Source: an uncultured Dehalococcoidales bacterium (GTDB taxonomy: Bacteria; Chloroflexota; Dehalococcoidia; GIF9; UBA5629). Taken from it: a stretch of DNA of 64,000 nt. The position numbers and the translations under genes were made by a program. The stretch is from assembly GCA_964519615.1 (NCBI GenBank), contig CAZFIM010000004.1:10086-74085 (forward strand), given 5' to 3'. The notes below the pieces were generated by a model. It had not been told where the DNA came from. It did not search any database and saw only the letters and a list, made by a program, of their open reading frames with translations. Positions 9,216 through 17,723 of this stretch are shown one piece after another (the first letter of the stretch is position 1; every line of letters starts with the position of its first letter).

Positions 9216-10203
9216 AGTAACGATCTTGAACCTTTTCCCATATTCGAACAAGGCGTATACCCAATCCACCGCGCAGGAGCAGGACAGCCAGTATAAATAC
9301 CGCACCCAGTACTAGAGGCCAGCGATCAGGTATATAGAGACTGGCAATATGCTCCAATAATACTATTACGGCGGCACCAAGTGCTGGACCCCAGAAAACC
9401 TGATCACTACCGAGTATGACCATCAGCAATACCATTGCAGATGTGAGAAGACTGAGAAATCCCGGCCCGACAACTCCACTGTGAAATGTGTATATTGACC
9501 CGGCAACACCTGCAAAAAGGCCACCGAGAATGAAAGCTATATATTTATAGAGCCAGGTATTATAGCCCAGATGCTTCATGCGGCGTTCATCACCATAAAC
9601 TCCCTTGAGCGCACGTCCAAAAGGTGATTTCCCTATTAACGAGAGTAGAACAAAGCATATGATAAACACTACAAATACCAGGTAATAAAAACTCGTTGGC
9701 GTTAATCTCAACCAGGATATACCCATATCCGGATACATAATCCCCGCTATGCCGTTAAAGCCTCCGGTAACATCTTTCCATTTTATACCTACGCTGTACA
9801 TCAATTGACCGATAGCCAGAGTCACCAGAAGAAAATACGTCCCGGATACACGCAGTGCAATAAAACCGAAAACCGCAGCGGCGATAGTAGCAATTGCGAT
9901 ACTGGCAATAATCAACAGCCAGAAGCTTTCTATTTCAAAACGTGTCGTCAGTATTGCTGCAGTATATGCTCCTATACCAAAAAAGGCGGCATGCCCCAGA
10001 GAGAAAAGCCCCGTATAACCGAATAGCAGATTCAAACTCAAGGCAAAGACACCGTATATAAGTATCTTGATTACCATGCTCCTGATATAGGGCGTAACAA
10101 AAGTAGGTAGAATCAGAATAATTACGGCAATGAGAACATACCAACCGTATTGTAAAAGCCATTTAGGCATTTTAGACTTTGTTTCCATGGTAACGCTTTT
10201 CAC
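9202..10203 (-). CDS. livM: branched-chain amino acid-type ABC permease
   Basis: LNLLFGYTGLFSLGHAAFFGIGAY, GGFNG, SPFGRAL, WGPALGA. Confidence 0.92.
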   Translation of the reverse strand: MKSVTMETKSKMPKWLLQYGWYVLIAVIILILPTFVTPYIRSMVIKILIYGVFALSLNLLFGYTGLFSLGHAAFFGIGAYTAAILTTRFEIESFWLLIIASIAIATIAAAVFGFIALRVSGTYFLLVTLAIGQLMYSVGIKWKDVTGGFNGIAGIMYPDMGISWLRLTPTSFYYLVFVVFIICFVLLSLIGKSPFGRALKGVYGDERRMKHLGYNTWLYKYIAFILGGLFAGVAGSIYTFHSGVVGPGFLSLLTSAMVLLMVILGSDQVFWGPALGAAVIVLLEHIASLYIPDRWPLVLGAVFILAVLLLRGGLGIRLVRIWEKVQDRYYGRT

Positions 10204-11054
10204 TGCGTTCTCCCTAAAAGTCCGGATGGCCTGACGATTAGAATGATAATCATTGTGAGATAAACCGTATATAATGCAATATTAGGGAAATACGCTCTCC
10301 CAAATGCGTCAACGACGCCTATCAGTATAGATCCTATCAACGCCCCCTGAATACTTCCCACACCTCCAACAACAATTATTATCATGGCAAAAAGCAGTAT
10401 ATCCAGGCTAATTCCCGGTTGAATGCCAATGACGGGTGTACCCAAATAACCTGCAAGCCCACCCAGAAACGCTCCCATAAAGAAAACGAAGCTGGCATAC
10501 ATGTTATAATTGATCCCCATACCTATTGTCATCTGCTTATCATCCATCCCCGCGCGGATCGTTGCCCCCAGGCGTGTTTTCTCTTGCAAATACCAAAGGC
10601 CGAAAAATATAAGCAATCCGATAAGAACAATAGCAAGACGGTATTGAGGATAACTGGTATCACCTATTTGTACAGCGTTGCTTAGAAGTACAGGCGGTTT
10701 TCCGATCATAGCCATAGGTCCCCAGACCCAAAGAAAAGTATTGGAAAGGATAAAGACTACACCTAATGTCAGAAGTACCTGTTCGTTTATCTGTTTATAG
10801 AGACGCCCAAGAAACAGCCGCTCTAACACGAATCCAACGACACCTACAGCTAATCCTGCAACAAGCGCCGCCAGAGCAAAATTAAAACCATATCCAGCAA
10901 GGCTCAGACCAATATAGGCACCCAGAACATAAAGAGCACCATGCGCCAGATTGAGAATCCCCATAACACCGAAAATCAATGATAAACCACTGGCAATAAT
11001 GAACAATATCATGCCATAAGAAACGCCGTTTAGTAGATTGATTAATGTTTCCAT
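10200..11054 (-). CDS. livH: branched-chain amino acid-type ABC permease
   Basis: GLSLIFGVMGILNLAHG, KTRLGATIRA, GGVGSIQGALIG, RPSGLLG. Confidence 0.92.
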   Translation of the reverse strand: METLINLLNGVSYGMILFIIASGLSLIFGVMGILNLAHGALYVLGAYIGLSLAGYGFNFALAALVAGLAVGVVGFVLERLFLGRLYKQINEQVLLTLGVVFILSNTFLWVWGPMAMIGKPPVLLSNAVQIGDTSYPQYRLAIVLIGLLIFFGLWYLQEKTRLGATIRAGMDDKQMTIGMGINYNMYASFVFFMGAFLGGLAGYLGTPVIGIQPGISLDILLFAMIIIVVGGVGSIQGALIGSILIGVVDAFGRAYFPNIALYTVYLTMIIILIVRPSGLLGRTQ

Positions 11055-11333
11055 ACAAAGGCACCTGTTCAGCTATTGTAAACTACATACGATCACACGC
11101 CAGTATAATAATTAATCCAGCATATCCCGTTATTACTATAGCAATTTAAAGGAAAAATTTGGGATAGATTCAATTTTATGGTGTATAGCTGTTTGTTAAA
11201 TCCTGACTGTTATCTTATATTTCCACTATTTCCACTCCGAAATACAACTGATGGGTTGGTACGCAAAATTATATCGTTATCAATTTCCATAGCGATAAAT
11301 GAACGTATTAACTGAATACTATGCCGCGTTAAC

Positions 11334-11362
11334 ACTATAATCAACTAAGAATACCGTGTCAA
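11334..11362 (-). promoter_or_regulatory. sigma70 promoter of livHMGF
   Basis: Minus strand TTGACA (11357-11362), 17 bp, TATAGT (11334-11339). Confidence 0.7.
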
Positions 11363-11529
11363 TGATTTCTACCGGTATACAGCACATATTTTTTTCTCAA
11401 TTTTGTTGAATAAATTGCCGATTATAAAAGATCTGAATTACATCCTGGCAGGCAACGCCAAACGTACGACTAATATAACACAGTGACGAGAAAAATTCAA
11501 TGTACTACATCAAAAATAAATGGCATTGA

Positions 11530-11558
11530 TTGACATTTAACTTCTAAAATGATAAAAT
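11530..11558 (+). promoter_or_regulatory. sigma70 promoter of the SBP gene
   Basis: TTGACA (11530-11535), 17 bp, TAAAAT (11553-11558), enclosed by a GATTGACA/TGTCAATC inverted repeat. Confidence 0.7.
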
Positions 11559-11902
11559 TGTCAATCCAATTATAAGTATTGTGATAGTTTTTATTAGAAT
11601 ACCTTATCTTAACATACATGGCAGAATATTTATATATATTTACCCCTACTCATCGGCATTATTTGCACCGCTTATATAAAAAACTGTAATGGATGGAAAG
11701 ACTATATTAATCTTATAGTCAACGTTAGTAGTTAAATGTACTGTTCTATCAACCGGTTGGGATAATATCCGGAGTGATAAGGGAGCCAGAGAGTTTACCT
11801 GGAAACACAGCTGTATGAAAAATGACCTCGAGCCAAAATAAGGAGGTGAAATAACAGGATTTCTTAAATCAAAAATAAGGAACATTTTTATTAAAGGAGG
11901 TA

Positions 11903-13099
11903 ATGAAAGTGAAAAGGTCTTCGATTAAAATATTATTATTGACCATATGTCTGGTACTGGTACTGATGGTGGCATTACCGGCTTGTCAAACCTCTTCACA
12001 GGAAGGAAAACCGCTAAAGATAGGTCTTATCCTTGAGTATTCAGGCGCTGCTTCTCCGTGGACCGCTCCGTACACTGAGGAAGCAGTAAGACTTAAGCTG
12101 GATGAGATTGGCTGGGAAGTTGCAGGCAGAAAAATAGAATTAATAACAGAAGACGGGGCAAGCAATGTAGAAGTCGCTATTGAAAAAGCAAAGAAATTGG
12201 TAGAGAATGACCGGGTAGAAGTAATACTCGGTGTACTATTCGGCCCCTCTGTCATAGCTGTCTCCAAATATGCGAGCCAAGTAGGTGTTTGTTTTGGCAC
12301 GTACATCGGACAGTCAATGGATGTTGTAGGCTCTGATCCTAACTACTCGATACTTGCAACGGGCACACTAGCCGGCGGCAACTATGAATTGGGCAAATAT
12401 GCCTATAATGAATTGGGTTACAGAACGGCAACTACTGTCTATCAGGATTTTGTATCTGGGGAGGGATTCATCGGCGGATTCGAAGTGGGATTTAGACAAG
12501 CAGGAGGGGAAATAATCCAGCGGCAGGCAGTCCCACTAGGGACAGTAGATTTCGCTCCATACCTGACAAACCTTGAAGATGCAGACTGTCTGGCCTACTG
12601 GTTAGCTGGCACCATGAACATTTTCCTCGGGCAGTACTACGATTTCAATATAGACATCCCAGTAATCGTACCATCTTCCTGGTGCCTTGACATGGCGCCT
12701 TTAGTAGAGATGGGCGATACTCCGCTGGGCATTCTCGGCTGCGGTCATGCCAATGAGTGGGTGACTGATATACCTCAGAATGCCGATTTCGTGAAGGGTA
12801 TGTATGATAGAGGCTATGAACCCATACAATATTCATATGCTATATACATAGCAACCGCTACATTCTTAGAAGCAGTAGAAAAAACAGGTGGTGATACCAG
12901 CCCTGAAAAGCTGCACGATGCCTGGATCAACGTCAAAATGAATACGCCTGCCGGTCCAGTACGATTTGATGAATATGGATGTGCTATCGGGAACCTGTAC
13001 CTGTACCAATATTCAAAAGATGATAATGGGGAATATTATTGGAAAGTAATAAACACTTTTGAAGATGTACCGATGAAGTGTCCCGAGATTGATTACTAA
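11903..13099 (+). CDS. ABC substrate-binding lipoprotein, Leu/Ile/Val-binding-protein-like fold
   Basis: Signal peptide with LPAC lipobox, LKIGLILEYSG, GRKIELITED, A+++AKKLVEND+V++ILG. AAGGAGG SD. Confidence 0.88.
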   Translation: MKVKRSSIKILLLTICLVLVLMVALPACQTSSQEGKPLKIGLILEYSGAASPWTAPYTEEAVRLKLDEIGWEVAGRKIELITEDGASNVEVAIEKAKKLVENDRVEVILGVLFGPSVIAVSKYASQVGVCFGTYIGQSMDVVGSDPNYSILATGTLAGGNYELGKYAYNELGYRTATTVYQDFVSGEGFIGGFEVGFRQAGGEIIQRQAVPLGTVDFAPYLTNLEDADCLAYWLAGTMNIFLGQYYDFNIDIPVIVPSSWCLDMAPLVEMGDTPLGILGCGHANEWVTDIPQNADFVKGMYDRGYEPIQYSYAIYIATATFLEAVEKTGGDTSPEKLHDAWINVKMNTPAGPVRFDEYGCAIGNLYLYQYSKDDNGEYYWKVINTFEDVPMKCPEIDY

Positions 13100-13138
13100 C
13101 GGCATATTTACGCTGAACATTACACTGCTATATCGTTT

Positions 13139-13175
13139 AAAAAGGACTACCCGGAATCTCGGGTAGTCCTTTTTT
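13139..13175 (+). terminator. intrinsic terminator (probably bidirectional)
   Basis: AAAAAGGACTACCCG-GAATCT-CGGGTAGTCCTTTTTT. Confidence 0.85.
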
Positions 13176-13308
13176 CTTATACCAGTGATTCTAAAATCCC
13201 GGATAGATTTCCGCTCAATGAGCACTATACCTCCCATTCAGCGCGGTAATAAAGTATACTTACTTTATATATAGTGATGAAATGTAAAGCCTCAAGGAAA
13301 GTAACCTT

Positions 13309-14064
13309 ATGTCAGCATACAACGAACTAAACGAGCCTTCCTCGGGGGCAACAGCCAAATTAGTGCTGCCGGATAACAGCACCATCTCCTTACAGTCATC
13401 CGGGCGCTGGATCGGACGCAGTGATTTTACCGGGCAGGTATCGGAAAGCGTCATCCAGCAGATCTCCCGCGAGCATCTGTTTATCACTATGGAAAACGGC
13501 AGTTTCTATTGTGAAGACCGCAGCAGCACTAACGGTACGCGCCTGAACGGGCAGGAAATAAGCGGGACAGGTAGACACGTTTTGAAAGAAGGAGATACAC
13601 TGGTCCTGGGCGATATAATTACTGTACATTTTCAGGGGCCGGTGCGCACTACCGCACCCTCCGGTTACATTCAGACGGCGGCAGTTCCCTATAATGAAGC
13701 GCCTGCCGCACAAGACGTTCACTACAAGGAAAATACCTCCGGCCAGGGGAATCTGGCAATTGTCCCTCCTGAGATCAAGAAATGGCACTGGGGTGCTTTC
13801 TTTCTTAACTGGATATGGGGTATAGGAAACAATGTCTGGATAGCGCTGTTGTGCTTTGTTCCGATGGTCAATATCGTTATGATCTTTATACTCGGTGCCA
13901 GGGGAAACGAATGGGCATGGCGCAATAAAAGGTGGGACAGTATCGAACATTTCAAAAGGGTTCAGCACAAATGGACTGCATGGGGATTAGGACTATTTTT
14001 GGCAGGCATAGCAATCAATATCATATATTTCATTGCCATGGCGTCATGCATGCGCTCTTTTTAA
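13309..14064 (+). CDS. FHA-domain membrane protein
   Basis: FHA motifs IGRS, ISREH, DRSSTNGT; a Pro/Ala linker; then a C-terminal membrane domain KWHWGAFFLNWIWGIGN...GNEWAW. Confidence 0.82.
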   Translation: MSAYNELNEPSSGATAKLVLPDNSTISLQSSGRWIGRSDFTGQVSESVIQQISREHLFITMENGSFYCEDRSSTNGTRLNGQEISGTGRHVLKEGDTLVLGDIITVHFQGPVRTTAPSGYIQTAAVPYNEAPAAQDVHYKENTSGQGNLAIVPPEIKKWHWGAFFLNWIWGIGNNVWIALLCFVPMVNIVMIFILGARGNEWAWRNKRWDSIEHFKRVQHKWTAWGLGLFLAGIAINIIYFIAMASCMRSF

Positions 14065-14079
14065 GAACCCTTGCGTATT

Positions 14080-15093
14080 TTATTTGTTTTTCTGCCGGCG
14101 TGACTTAAAATCCGGATTGATTATCCATTCCGGCCAGGTATTATGCACGGTACTTGCCACCGCTTCATATATCCTTTGCTTATATTTAACGGATGATTCT
14201 TCCGAATAATAGGCCGAATGGGCGGTTATGATAACATTATCGAACTTGAGCAGAGGATGATCGGCACCTATTCCGGCAGGCTCTTCTGCCACCACATCAA
14301 GTGCGGCACCGGCAATCAAGCCTTCCGCAAGCGCTGTACATAGGGCACCCTGATCCACAAAAGCTCCGCGGGCAACATTGATAAGATATGCCGTATTTTT
14401 CATTGAGCGGAACTCTCTCATCCCGATCAGCTTCCTTGATTCCGGATTATAGCTGGCCTGAATGGAGATAAAATCACACAGAGGAAGCATATCCTCAAGC
14501 GTTGCCCGTGTTACACCCATGTCCTTAAACACCTCGTCTGCTACCCCGGGATCACAGGCAATAACCTTAAGACCGTAACCCAACGCTTTAGCAGCCACCA
14601 GCCGGCCTATCCTGCCGAAGCCGATCAGCCCCAACGTTCTTCCGCGAATGGGAAATGTAGGCGGAAGTATCACATTACGGAATTCACGCTTCTCAAAGGA
14701 ATTCCATTTATTTTCTCTCACTGCCCTGTCGAGCCGGGTGATCTTGCGTGCGCTGGCAAAGAGCAGGGCCATTGCGTGATCGGAAACCTCTTCCATGCAG
14801 TAGTCACCGGGATAGGAAATACATATACCTTTTTCCGTAGCAGCCTTAATATCTATAGTATCGAAGCCTGTGCCGGCATTAAAGATTAAACGGCATTTAT
14901 CCAGCTTCTCAATCACCCTGCGGCTGAAAGGCTGCATCAGAGTAATAATGGCATCCGCATCGCGCGTGGCTTCAATGAGCTCATCCTCCGTAGTGCATGA
15001 TACAGTCTCAAATTCAACGCCGAGGTCGTTTTTATATGACTCGATTTCCCTCCTGCTCAGAACCCTGGCAGTCATTACAACTTTAGCACTCAT
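14080..15093 (-). CDS. D-2-hydroxyacid dehydrogenase family (CtBP-like)
   Basis: GTGFDTIDI, GLIGFGRIG, INVARG, LDVVAEEP, TAHSAYYS. Confidence 0.9.
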   Translation of the reverse strand: MSAKVVMTARVLSRREIESYKNDLGVEFETVSCTTEDELIEATRDADAIITLMQPFSRRVIEKLDKCRLIFNAGTGFDTIDIKAATEKGICISYPGDYCMEEVSDHAMALLFASARKITRLDRAVRENKWNSFEKREFRNVILPPTFPIRGRTLGLIGFGRIGRLVAAKALGYGLKVIACDPGVADEVFKDMGVTRATLEDMLPLCDFISIQASYNPESRKLIGMREFRSMKNTAYLINVARGAFVDQGALCTALAEGLIAGAALDVVAEEPAGIGADHPLLKFDNVIITAHSAYYSEESSVKYKQRIYEAVASTVHNTWPEWIINPDFKSRRQKNK

Positions 15094-15268
15094 TTGATTC
15101 TACCCCTGTATAAATATCAATTACCATCTCCGGACAGAGAATCCGGTTTACAGCCCCTGAAAATCTATCCGAAGATGGTAAGAACGCTTTATAAATGGCG
15201 CATATGCAAACCACCGGCCACTCCATCCCTGTTGTATGCGCTTTTACCGTTTATCTGGCAGACCCGCA

Positions 15269-16027
15269 TCAACCCACAGCGGTGACGCCGCCGTCGACGT
15301 AGAGGATCTGTCCGGTAATAAAATCAGCCTCATCAGATGCCAGAAAAACACAGGCGCCTTCAACATCAGAAGGAACACCAAGGCGTTTCATGGGGCTCTT
15401 ATCGGCTGCCAGCTTGATGCGCTCCGGAGCTACCTCTCTCTGGATTGTCTCTGTAAGCACCAGTGCCGGGCCGATAGCATTGACGTTAACGCCAAAAGGC
15501 GCCCATTCCGCTGCCATCATGCGGGTGATCATATCGACCGCACCTTTGGTAGCGCCGTAGCCGGTATTGCCGCCTGCGGTTCCGCGCGCGCCGCGAATAG
15601 AGGAAAGATTGATGATTTTACCCTTTTTCTTCTCAACCATCATCTTACCAAAGACTTTACAGGGCAGCATTACACCCTTTACGCTCACAGCGAACATGGC
15701 ATCCCAATTCTTGACATCGATGTCGGTTGCGGCCATTTTAATATTCAATCCCTGTGAATTGACCAGAATATCAACCGTGCCGTATTTTTTCACTACCGCA
15801 TCAGCCAGTTTTTTAACGCTGTCTTCATCAGCAACATCAACCTGCATAGCCGAAACCTCGTTTTTGGTCTCAGACTGAATTTTACTGGCTACCTGCTGCA
15901 ATTTCTCCAGATTGCGGCTGGCGATCACGACCTTTGCACCCTGCTTTGACAGCGCCAGTGCGCAGTGTTCGCCCAAACCACCGGCACCACCGATGACAAC
16001 CGCTATTTTTTTGTCCAGACTAAACAT
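15269..16027 (-). CDS. short-chain dehydrogenase/reductase, probably NADP(H)-dependent
   Basis: VIGGAGGLG, ASR after beta2, DILVNSQG, S..YGATK catalytic motif, ITGQILYVDGG. Confidence 0.9.
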   Translation of the reverse strand: MFSLDKKIAVVIGGAGGLGEHCALALSKQGAKVVIASRNLEKLQQVASKIQSETKNEVSAMQVDVADEDSVKKLADAVVKKYGTVDILVNSQGLNIKMAATDIDVKNWDAMFAVSVKGVMLPCKVFGKMMVEKKKGKIINLSSIRGARGTAGGNTGYGATKGAVDMITRMMAAEWAPFGVNVNAIGPALVLTETIQREVAPERIKLAADKSPMKRLGVPSDVEGACVFLASDEADFITGQILYVDGGVTAVG

Positions 16028-16156
16028 TGTACCCTCCTTAAATATTTATTACTTCACAAATTACTTAACGAGTTAATAAAAAAATCATCTAACCGTAAGA
16101 CTCCATCCGAACTTTAATCCGTTCTGGGCAATCAGCATAACATATTGTCTGAAATG

Positions 16157-17593
16157 TTATTCGTTTATACCTGCCAGCTTTTTAGCCAGTTTTTTCTTGG
16201 ACTCCAGATCCGTATTACGCAAAATAGTCATCTTATGTGTCTCGGGCGACCCTGCGCCGTGAATATTGGAGACGATATCGCGGCTTTCAAAGGCCAGCTT
16301 CTCTATCAACCTGAACATACGAATCCTGTCTTCAGTGGACACATTGTCAGCGCCTTTTAGGTATTTCTTAAGCAACGGCCCTATATCCGGATCTGCGAAG
16401 TCTTTTTCCGAAGGCACATCGGCGACCATGCCGCCCGCGATCTCTATCATATTACGTATGACTTCATGCAGTTCCTTGCCCTCATAAAGTTTAGAGGTGT
16501 TAGAGAGAACGGGGTCAACCGTATAAATACCTGATGGCGTTGGAGTAGCTTCTACTGAAGCGGCAACAGAGCAGCCGTAAATCGCCTGTATAGTCTTTAT
16601 CATTTCCACCAGTTTGGCATTGATATGAGAAACATTTTTCAAGCCGTTGTAATCCGCAGCAACAGCCGCTGCACCGATCAAAACATCGCCCACGCCGCAT
16701 TTGCAGCCGCCGTGCGAATGCCGGTGATAGTTGCCGAAATTACGAACCATCGGCCCTGCGTATTCATATTCACCGCAGAGAAAGACATATTCCCAGGGGA
16801 CAAAGACATCCTGGAAAAGAAGCATGGGGGCGAACTTGCTGTACTCCACATTACCAAGGTCGCAGTTTTCCATCGCCCTGCTCTCCAGCGTTCCTCTGCC
16901 GTATACATGAATTAGACCTTTGGTATCGGTGGGCACGGCAAAACAGACGGCGTAGTCTTTATCGTCCTCACGCATTTCGCGAGCGGGAACAATAAGCGCC
17001 CAGTGCGCACAGAGAGAGCCTGTCTGATGTATCTTGGCACCCCGCACGAAGATACCATCCTTGTTCTTATCAACAACGCGCAGATACATGTCCGGATCTT
17101 TCTGCTGAGACGGCCGGAGAGACCTGTCGCCTTTCACATCAGTCACACCACTGCAGACCACATAATCGTTCCTCTGTACCATTTTAAGGAAGTCAGTCAG
17201 CCTTTTGAAGTATTCCGTATCGTATTTCTTATCGCAATTATATATTTCAATACCTGCGGAATTGATGGCATCCATGCCGGTACAGCGCATAAAGCAGCCG
17301 CCTATACGCTGTGAGAGATATTTGAGCATTCTTACCTTTGCCAGCAAATCCTCCTGGCTCTGGTAGAATTTTACGAATCTGCTCACCTCTTCATTAATCA
17401 GGTCGGATTTTGCCACTAAAAAAGCCCGCCCCTCCTCCGTATTCGCCAGCGCATAAGTCTGCGCAACTGAAGCAACCATATGCTTGATCAGGGGATGTTC
17501 TACCGGATTCTCTACTTTCTTGCCCAAAATATATGCTTGAGGATGAACTTTCTTGAGCGATTCATAATATTGTTCCCTAGTCATTACAGCCAT
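16157..17593 (-). CDS. 4-hydroxybutyryl-CoA dehydratase / vinylacetyl-CoA isomerase family (FAD, [4Fe-4S])
   Basis: GGCFMRCTGMD and HRHSHGGCK match the AbfD cluster ligands; TDVKGDRS, RGAKIHQTG, HGAGSP. Confidence 0.85.
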   Translation of the reverse strand: MAVMTREQYYESLKKVHPQAYILGKKVENPVEHPLIKHMVASVAQTYALANTEEGRAFLVAKSDLINEEVSRFVKFYQSQEDLLAKVRMLKYLSQRIGGCFMRCTGMDAINSAGIEIYNCDKKYDTEYFKRLTDFLKMVQRNDYVVCSGVTDVKGDRSLRPSQQKDPDMYLRVVDKNKDGIFVRGAKIHQTGSLCAHWALIVPAREMREDDKDYAVCFAVPTDTKGLIHVYGRGTLESRAMENCDLGNVEYSKFAPMLLFQDVFVPWEYVFLCGEYEYAGPMVRNFGNYHRHSHGGCKCGVGDVLIGAAAVAADYNGLKNVSHINAKLVEMIKTIQAIYGCSVAASVEATPTPSGIYTVDPVLSNTSKLYEGKELHEVIRNMIEIAGGMVADVPSEKDFADPDIGPLLKKYLKGADNVSTEDRIRMFRLIEKLAFESRDIVSNIHGAGSPETHKMTILRNTDLESKKKLAKKLAGINE

Positions 17594-17723
17594 TAATAAG
17601 TCCTCCTATCGTCAAAAAAGGTACATGAAGTATACACCTATTTACACACAAACCGTTAGTTGAAGTCTTCTATCAGACTATACCGCTGCAAGTATAATAA
17701 ACCGATTTTACGGCATATTTTAT

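Noticed and set aside
13200-15171. Shared 11-mer CGGATAGATTT at 13200 (+) and 15161 (-)
   Set aside because: An 11-bp match is expected by chance many times in 64 kb.
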